A DNA stretch of 64,000 nucleotides from Strigamia acuminata (Eukaryota). The stretch lies in NCBI GenBank assembly GCA_949358305.1, contig OX442314.1, positions 23,126,001-23,190,000 on the forward strand. Reading direction: 5' to 3'. The translations under genes were made by a program, and so were the position numbers. Below are positions 55,255 through 64,000 of this stretch, piece after piece. Position 1 is the stretch's first letter. Each line of letters begins with the position of its first letter. A model generated the notes under the pieces. The model searched no databases. It saw only the letters and a list, made by a program, of their open reading frames with translations, and had not been told where the DNA came from.

Positions 55255-56852
55255 ATGACAATGTATCCGTATTTATTATTATTTCTTTTATGTAACGTGT
55301 TAACTTCATTAAGCAGTGGTCAAATTGTAAATGATGAACCTGGTGGCAACACTACATTAATGTTTCAAGAAATTCCTGGCTTTTGTCCACAACTTCCAGA
55401 AGCCAGGACTATACAGGGTCCGCATTTGGTACGTTATACGTATATTACATGAGAAATTTTATACTTGCCACATTCTTATACTACATTTACATGCACGGAA
55501 TATTTCGAGTGAGATGAAACATTCCGTGTGCACAACTGTCACGTAAACAAGGATGACATGGATTATTCGATTAGTGAATAATCCCTCGCATAAGGTTGTT
55601 CAATTCGAGTGAACTCAAACTATTTTTATTGCGCATGCACGCATTGTTTCCGGCACTTCCCCATTGGTAGAAAACCGAAAGTGATCACGAATTATTTTCT
55701 GCATGTAAACACAAGAATTTGATTTTTTCACTACTCGAATTATTCACCACTCAAAGTATTCGGTGCATGTAAACGTAGTATTAGAGTAATTTAGACCAAG
55801 GCTTCTTAAACTTTTTCCTCTTGCGATCCCTTTTTGTAGGCGATCCAGGTAGTATATCGGCTTATATACAAATCAAACAGTTTAAGAAGCCCTTATTTAG
55901 ACTAAACAGCATATTTAAACTGCTTTTCTCAATCTACGGGCAATTTAATCTGTAAATGCATCTCGTGATTATTTTTATCTATTTCGTTACAGATGGAAGG
56001 AAGATGGTTTGGCGTTCAAGTTGGCTTTCTTCCGTCTCAAGCTCAAACCATAACGTGTGTATCATGGGATTCATTTTATGACCAACAAGAAGTGTTTCAT
56101 AACTTTATTACCTTCTTGGAGAATGGGTAGACAAGTTTACTTCGATATATTTTGCTAAATTTAAAAGTAAATAATTAATGTGTGCAGAGAAATCAAGACT
56201 GTCAATTCAAGATTAACCCCAACATTTAAATACGGAGTTTACACAATCGATGTTGGAGCTCCAAATAATGATGTCTGTAAGTAAATCGATAACATTCCAC
56301 AGCCGGCTTGGAAATTTGCAGAGTCCGAATAAAAATGTTCCAAGTAGGGACCAAAAATGGCCGCGAAAAGAGCGCCACAGATCATAAATCTTCCCCTAAC
56401 CCACAGATTCTGTGCCCTAACCTTACCACCAGATGTCCGTCTCCGTTCGCCACTCGCACATTTAATTTGGGGCCCTCGCGGGGCCCGATGTGGTTCCATC
56501 ACTAAAAATTTGTGTTTTATTTTAGTTTTTGCCAGTTTGTATTATTGTGACGGCGGAATATTTATTTTTGGGGAAGTTGTTTGCAGAGAAAATGGAAATC
56601 ACTACAGTAAGTGTTCAGCCATGTTGTTATATACGTTTATTTAGACATTTTCATGTAGGAAATGTTGTGGTTGGAGTACGCGATTTAAGAATCCTTGAAG
56701 TTAAAGGCGCCCTTATACATAAATTAGTAGCAGAATTGGAGATCGAGAGTGGTATTGTCAGTGATAAGACGATGATTTTTCATCCTCCAGCAGAGTGTAT
56801 GAATGTGTATCCTGAATTAAGGCGCAATCCCTATATCACTAATTTTTTTTAA
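55255..56852 (+). CDS. Secreted lipocalin (apolipoprotein D-like), 5 exons
   Basis: Exons 55255-55428, 55993-~56126, ~56188-56277, ~56526-56607 and ~56659-56852. Signal peptide, GFCP, SCR1-like HL|MEGRWF and a late C-terminal Cys; the frame is consistent across GT-AG introns. Confidence 0.7.
55479..55780. mobile_element. PIF/Harbinger (Tourist-like) MITE in lipocalin intron 1
   Basis: Imperfect ~33-bp TIR (tactac(a/g)tttacatgcac(g/c)gaata...gagtg) flanked by TTA on both sides (55476-55478 and 55781-55783). Confidence 0.8.
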
Positions 56853-58532
56853 AATAAAATAATAACTGACGATTTTAATGTTCCGTTTTATGTGTTTTTA
56901 TTAATGGGAGTTGTTTGATTAATTAAGGAATTTGATTATTGGCCACATCAATAACTTTATTCTAGTTTTGGCTTTTAATCTTGAATGACGCTATTGCTAT
57001 TATCTGTGGACATTAAGAATTAAGAAACATTATCGAAGTTCTCGCATTCACACTTGATTTTATTTTTATTCTTCTATAATTAAAAGAAGGATAAGAGAAG
57101 CACCAATCACTGCCAATAAAACAATAAAAGCACTTATTGTTTGATGTATTGTGCAAGGTTTAAACAAATTGTAATTAATATTGCAACGTCTTTCTGGTGT
57201 GTAAGTCTTCTCCAATGCAGTGAGAAGACCATACTCTCGAATTAATATTAATCTAGAAACAATTAAATTGAGAAATGTATAAATGAATAATCTCCTTCAC
57301 TTACTTTTCGGTGAACACTTCGACAAATTTTGATCTTTTGCCAAACACTATTGACAGACCGATTCTATCGGGCATTTTAATCAGATGATGTCTGCAATCG
57401 TGTTGCAGGTCGTGTTGGAATAAACTCATGTAGTGAATGAATGCGTGTGGTTTTGATACGACGGATTCATAAATCTCTTCGAAATCGGATATTTTCCCAC
57501 CATTTGGACTTTTACTCAGTAAATGATGTAAAACTTTGAGGTGGCCACCTTTGGCATGCTGTAAAAATTCATGGATAATTCTAAAAATTTAGAAAAATAA
57601 AATAAAGCTTACTTTTGCAATATCGTGGATTTCAAAATCTTCGTGAGCATAGAACACAAATCCTCCATCTTTTATTAAATCTTCTAAGGTTTCGAACGCA
57701 TTGGCTCTTGGTTTTACATTTAGAAATCTCTCAAGTTAACGTGCTGACCAAAATATATCTGCTCAACAAAAAATCCAGAAACCAACTCGAGAAATTCTTG
57801 GAAGCCGACACCCACATGCTCCTACACGACAAAATGATCGGAAAAGTTGACTCGAACTGGCAGCAGAAACACTTCAAGCTTAGTCAAGCCGTTTGTAGCA
57901 TCATCGACGACTACAGTTCTAAGCGACGAAGATAAGGTCCAAGATTTATTGATATTTATCGACACTAATTTGCAGTATGGCGAAGACGCCGACGTTAGAG
58001 TTCGTGATTATGATGAGAGAGAACCGGATGATGAACGTTATAACGATTAATGCTACAAAAAAAAAATTTTTTTATTAAATAAATTGATTTTGATATTGGA
58101 AAAAAAAAACAAAAAAAAACACCAGCGCCATCACCCAAACACGAAACTTTGTATCTTCTACCACGAAGTTGTTAAGATCCTCGCGGCCAAAACTTACAGC
58201 GCCAAAACCGTCGATTTTGAACTGTAAAATGCATTTTTGAACTCACAAATGGATTTTTGAGTCGATTATTTGCAATCATGCATCGTGTTATACATGTATC
58301 TGTAAATTAAATTACAACTAATTACTACAGTGGTTTATATTGTTTACATTATTTTTTTTTATGTACCGTTGTTATTCGATCGATTTTCCGTATACTTCTT
58401 GGGTTCTCTTCGTCTCCTGTTAGCCTTGGTTAATGTATCTCCCTTTGTATTTACCTTACCTTTTAGTGTAACCCATTTTTTATTGTTTCACTATTCTACG
58501 GAAGTGTTACTGTAGTATACCCTTGTTCTAAT

Positions 58533-59495
58533 ATGTCGACGAATTTGTTTGCCACGGGGCTGGAGGCGAAGTCAGTTACAGATAAATCGATCTGGAAACT
58601 TCCGAAACGGGAGATGACCAAATTCAATGGCGACGTCTTGCAATATCAACGATTCATCAACGATTTTGACTCGCTCGTCCACAACAATCCCGATTTTCCG
58701 GAGATCATAAAGTTAATGTATTTGCGGCAACTCTGCACGGGAGAGGCATTGTCTCGAATCTCATCGTTTCCAGTGATAAATGGTTGTTACGCTTTGGCGT
58801 ATGCAGAGCTAATAAGGTGCTACGGAGCAGAAGACGCGCAGAAGGCTGCGCTCTTAAAGTTAATCAAGGGTGTAGAGGCAATTGAGGAACTTCACCCGGT
58901 CAAGGCGGTGAAGATTAATCTGAACAAAATTTATTCCGCAGTCCGGCTACTCGCCCAGTTGAACGTGCCGGTGGAAACTGCCGGTTTGTTTATCGTTCCA
59001 GACATTTTGCAGAAATTTCCAACGGAAATGGGTCTTCGGTTTTTTCGGATGCGGGGCACCAAGATCGATAATGTTTTGACGGTGCTGGACTTCTTAGAAG
59101 AAGAAGTCGAGATTGCCGAACGCGTTGAAGCAGCAATAGGTTCCGAACGAGCATCTGGAAAAAAGGAAAAGACGGAGAGATTAGACACTTTGAAAGAAAT
59201 GGCAAAGAATTCGCGATCCGACTCGAGTTCAAAAGCGGACGCGTCGAAAGTCAAGTGCATCTTTTGCAATGAAGGGCACCTCAATGCGAATTGTAAGAAA
59301 GTGATGGACGCAAGCGTCAAGAAGGAAATGGTTTGGAAAGCTCGTCTGTGCTTTAGCTGTCTGCGAACGGGGCATCAAATGCGCGAGTGCGGAATAAAGG
59401 TTTCGTGTCGCCACTGCGGCGGAAGACATCATTCCACAATATGTCACAAATCTTCTGCGAAAGAAGAGGCTGTCAAGGTTAGTTGGGAATTTTAA
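58533..59495 (+). CDS. Bel/Pao retrotransposon gag-like ORF (DUF1759-type region plus three Cys/His knuckles), 320 aa, with no pol
   Basis: KLPKREMTKFNGD..F..LVHNN..KLMYL..GEA, and knuckles CIFCNEGHLNANC, CFSCLRTGHQMREC and CRHCGGRHHSTIC. No downstream protease or RT. Confidence 0.85.
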   Translation: MSTNLFATGLEAKSVTDKSIWKLPKREMTKFNGDVLQYQRFINDFDSLVHNNPDFPEIIKLMYLRQLCTGEALSRISSFPVINGCYALAYAELIRCYGAEDAQKAALLKLIKGVEAIEELHPVKAVKINLNKIYSAVRLLAQLNVPVETAGLFIVPDILQKFPTEMGLRFFRMRGTKIDNVLTVLDFLEEEVEIAERVEAAIGSERASGKKEKTERLDTLKEMAKNSRSDSSSKADASKVKCIFCNEGHLNANCKKVMDASVKKEMVWKARLCFSCLRTGHQMRECGIKVSCRHCGGRHHSTICHKSSAKEEAVKVSWEF

Positions 59496-61269
59496 ACTTA
59501 ATTCGACATGTTCATCCCACATGTTTGCGGTTACATTGTTTTTGTTCTCATTTATTAGTGCGCGATAAACTTTAACCAAATGAATTGTTAATGTTCTAAT
59601 GTTGCTTTAATGTGATTTTACGGTTGACTTATTTTGCTATTGTTACAGCATTATGTTAGTTTATTTATCTCGTGGTTTGTGCATTTTGGTTTATCCCATA
59701 AGTCTGGTCAATTTTTTTGTTATTTAAACCAGGTATTTGAGCTCAATAATTGCTTGTAACTTACAAGTCTTGTATTTTATTTACTGTGAATGATTTGTTC
59801 TATCGTTCTGCATATGGGTTCCACTCAATGTAATCTGGTACCCAGACTTTTGTTTTCTGGTCATCTGATGTCAAATAAAATGGCGAATGGCGTTTTTGCG
59901 TGAATTTGTTATTGAACAACACTGGCACACCTGGAAGTGACAGCAATAATCCATATTAGCAGCGGAGGATGATTTCGTGGTACTTATGAACTTGTAGAAT
60001 TGTTATCCGAGTACGATGCGAAATTGCGAGTGCGAAGTGCGTAGAATGAGTTTACATCTGCTGCAGTACGGTAACGTAAATACGTGCGCAGATTGCGGCA
60101 AGTGTTTTTCATAAATAAATAAAGAAATAAAAATTTAGAATGGGGAACTGCAGTGTATTTCTGATTAAAAACAGATTATTTTTTATCTAAGTTGGTCAAA
60201 ATTAATGCTTTTCAATTCAAAAACTGATTAGTTGTAAGCACTGCAATAATGTCCATTGCTCTTTAGAGGTGCCATTATCCAATATTCCAATTTGGCGGGT
60301 ATCAACGTTGACCTGGAACAGCTTTGTCCCGGAAATTCAAATTGCACGCCAATTCCAATATGATGATCCCTAAACTATAAAATAATAAATATTACGCCAA
60401 AACAATCGTCCTGCTGTGACGTCCTACCCAGCATGTTATGTCACTTCCGGCTTCCTATACATTGGAAACCTATAATCAGAGATCCTAGATCCTAGATTCT
60501 AGATTGTATACATCATACTTGCAGCATCCACTTTTTCGTTATAATACACCGAATAGTAATGCGAAAAGTGTTTTACACAAACAGTTATTGTAAATGAAGA
60601 AATGAACAAATATTAATCATATAATAGATGCTTTTAATGCTTTTCACATTTACTAACTCCCAACCAGTGATCAAAATAAAATTGCTTCTTCTGTTACCAT
60701 AAACCATTTCATATTCAACTTTTTAGTGCTAAAAAGCTGTTACTTTTTACAATCGAGAGGAATGTCAAAAACAGTCAGAGTTATTTAGCAATTGGTGTGT
60801 CTCTATACAGAAATAACACATCTCGTAAAATATAAATAAACAAAACTACACCACGTGTCCCTAACAAACATACGGAACAAAATGGTTAATTAATTGCACT
60901 TCATTAATGAGCTTACATAGTTACATCTGCGTTGTAAGTTGCAGGCAAGGCAACTGATATGAACAAAAGTTTAAAAAGAACTACACCACAAGTAATCAAA
61001 AGTTAAGTATAAATTAATGAAAATAATTAATCAATGAAATGAGACAAAAACAAAAATAAATTGAACAAAAACAAGAAATACCTCATCAAATGTTCACAAA
61101 TCAATCACTCTAAGATGAATTAAAATGTCATTGTCATTTGTTGGAAGACCAAAAAATTTTATAAAAATATTAACTCTTTCTAAATAGAACAATTATTTCT
61201 TTTTTCCCTTCTTTCACTTCGTTCCTAATAAGTCTGGACGCACCGACTTAATCTGGATTCGGCTAATTG

Positions 61270-64000
61270 TCAGGCCGATGCGTTTAATGGCTTAATATAA
61301 GCCTGAAACGTAGTTGACGATGCGTTCTGCATCCCTTGTTGCTTTTCATTTTTTGATGTCGCGTGACTAGGTACAGCCGCTCCAACCCCAAAAGAGTCTG
61401 AAGACGATACGAACGGCTTGTTCTCTAGCTCCCTCTCGTCCAACAATGACAGCAATAAGCGGGACCGTTCTAAAACAAACAACTAAAATCAATACCCAAA
61501 TAAATTACACCTATCTCAAAACCATTGGACTTTTAAACCCAAACATTTATCACCGACAAACAATACAAATGTTAAGTAATCGACTTTTTTTCTTCGATTA
61601 AAAACAATCGCTAAATTATCTACATTTTACAATTTTCTTCTCTTTCTTATCACGATTTATTACACGTTCTTCGCAAAAATCAAAATTTATTGTAAAAAAA
61701 ATGTCGATTACTCCTAATAGCATAAATTGCTTTCGAAAAGTCTTTTTGACCATCAACAGTTGTTTGGAATGTATTTTGTTGTCTAAACTCTGAAGGCAGA
61801 CTAAATTTTGCAAGTTGGATCGAGAAAACCCTCGATCCGGCTGATTTACATTCAAAATTTGGAGTTTTAATGACTTTTCGAATGCAGCTAGTTAAGCCAA
61901 CCACATTGTGCACAATTTTACATTCTCGGGGTATTCAAGTCCAACAGCACACTAGAAAAAATCTACATGTACACTCACTGGCAGGAGTTGCGTAAGGATC
62001 ACCGGACGAAGAGAGACACAAAGGAGGAGCCAAAGAATCTGCCGCCATTGCAAAGGAAGACGCTTCAGGAGTTGCAGTGAAAGGAGTTGTTTTCAGACGG
62101 ATAATTCCCCAACAGCCCACACACATGGCAAAGCAGAGAATCACCATCTGCAACAGCAGAAGCACATAAACATCAAACATTCGTAATAAAATGAACAAAA
62201 ATGAGACAAAAGAAACCGACAACATTTAGAGAATTGACCCAAAGGAGGAAACCCGGGATAAATAAAAATATATTGGATGGGACCATCTGCACAGCCAAAA
62301 TGTTAGCCCCAAAAAAAGCAGCCAACACTATAACCTGCCACCTGCCACCTGCCACCGAGTGACCAATATTGGACACCAACAAATTAAATAATAACCAAAC
62401 CCACCCCGGATCTGCACTGCCCCCTCTCGCCGACTACACCACAATTGCTAATTCATTGTCAAGAACGGCTTCCTTTCGTGCGACATCGTTTAGACTGGAA
62501 GAAAATAAAACAACATACATCAAAAATCGTGCCACGTCTTAAACAGTTTAAACTTAAATCTGCAAAACAAATCAAACAAAAAAACAAAAAGTCCAATCGG
62601 AAGATATTCAATCGTCTTTTATAAACTTTAAAAATAAATAAATAAATAAATAAAAATAAAATAAATGGAACACGTCTTCCCGTCTAATTTCAGCGAGAGA
62701 AAAAATATTCCACCGGTAAAATTTACATATCATATTTCCTGGGGCCTCCAATTTACCTTTTTTGTTGCTTTGATTCAAAATTACAATTAATTTGCACCAT
62801 TCTAATTTATCCTAATAAACAGTCACTTTTTTAAAAATATATAAACAAATATTAATTTTACATTTCACAATTTGAATTGTATTCATTCATTCGATGTTTC
62901 TATAATTAAAAAAAAAATTCAGAAGCCATTGCCCTGTTTATCATATTTCACGCCTGGTAATTTTCGGATTAATCCAAACGAATAAAATAAAAAAAAAATA
63001 AAAAAAAATTCAAAGCCTTGTCTAGACCAATTCTAATCATTACGCCATAAATATCCATTAAAAATACAAAACACCATTCATCAAGTCTCGTTCTAGTGCA
63101 TCGAGTGTAGTTTTAACCGATACACGACTGATTTCTATTGAGTATTGATAAATACGTGTTACGCACGAATCAACAAAATCATAAATTGTTTGCAATTCAA
63201 ATTCCAAGTAAATAAAATTTAAAAATTAAAAATAAAATATACCATAAGTGATGATGTTTGGGTTGTTGCATTTCGGGAAGGTCTTCCAGTTACTCCACCA
63301 ACGAGCGCTTGTAGTTTATGTAGCTGTGACAAAAGTGATCTAAAAAAAAAAAATAATTAAAACCAATTTAAATTAATTATAAAACTCCAATTCTTTTGTC
63401 CCGACTTCAACTCACTTATTGCTAGTCTCTAAAGAGTCCACCCTCTTCTTATAATCTGTATTTTCTGTGTTCAATATTTCAACCCTAAATCCAAACGATT
63501 AACCAGTTAACTCCACTTTCCTATGCAAATATCAATCAACCCACTTTTTCTCCAACGCGTCCATGTATTCCTTTTTCTTCCGCCGACTTTCCTGCGCAGA
63601 AATCTTATTCTTAATTTTCCTCCTGATCTTCTTCAACGATTTCTCCTCCGCTTTTGAAAGCGGCAACCGCGAAGGAATCGGATATCCTTCCGCAAGCAGC
63701 GTCCTTTTCTCCTCATCGGTCAAAACCAATGTTCCCGTTGCCCCTTTCTAAAAGAAAAAAATTAATTAAAAAAAAAAAAATACAAAACAATAAAATAAAT
63801 AAATTACTGGTTGTGAACTGATCAATGACGAATGACTGGAAGATGCGTGAGATGATGATCTGTTGCTACTCGTCTGTTGCCGCTGTCTTCCATTTGACGA
63901 TGGACTAACGGGCTGAAGAACATGCTCTGGACTTAAACTCCCTTCTGAATCACTGCTCGCACTTGATGGTGGTGTTGGCGGTAATGAAAATCCCGGTGAT
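61270..64000 (-). CDS. CREB3L: CREB3-like (OASIS/CrebA family) bZIP transcription factor, 3' part; the 5' end lies outside the window
   Basis: [55 protein letters not shown] (ATB + bZIP), zipper exons ending at 63243, TM exon 62147-61979 ([11 protein letters not shown]) and last exon 61469-61270 with an S1P-like RSRLLL. Confidence 0.9.

Noticed and set aside
57600..58050. Overlapping short ORFs upstream of gag
   Set aside because: No recognisable domain; possibly a decayed TE fragment.

Overview
AT-rich eukaryotic genomic DNA with short GT-AG introns, almost certainly an arthropod: it carries a CHH/ITP neuropeptide gene and a divergent nicotinic receptor subunit. The compact introns would fit a myriapod-like genome, but that is inference only. 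Gene models were spliced by eye. Genes in order: SCNM1 (-), a long alternatively spliced two-LIM EPLIN/Xin-like actin-binding protein (+), CHH/ITP (+), a KDEL-ending H6PD-like dehydrogenase (-), MICAL (-), a nAChR pseudogene followed by an intact divergent non-alpha nAChR subunit (+), a lipocalin (+), a solitary intact Bel/Pao gag ORF (+), and the 3' part of a CREB3L/CrebA bZIP gene (-). Mobile DNA includes a probable LTR end, a Mutator-like element with a 9-bp TSD, a Harbinger-like MITE and a 5S-derived SINE. The most notable leads are: a possible membrane-anchored MICAL isoform lacking its autoinhibitory tail; alternative 3' exons switching CREB3L between soluble and ER-tethered forms; a lactonase-less H6PD ending in KDEL; a possibly exonised gag; and an exon-per-repeat array in the LIM gene. 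All isoform claims are predictions that need RNA evidence.
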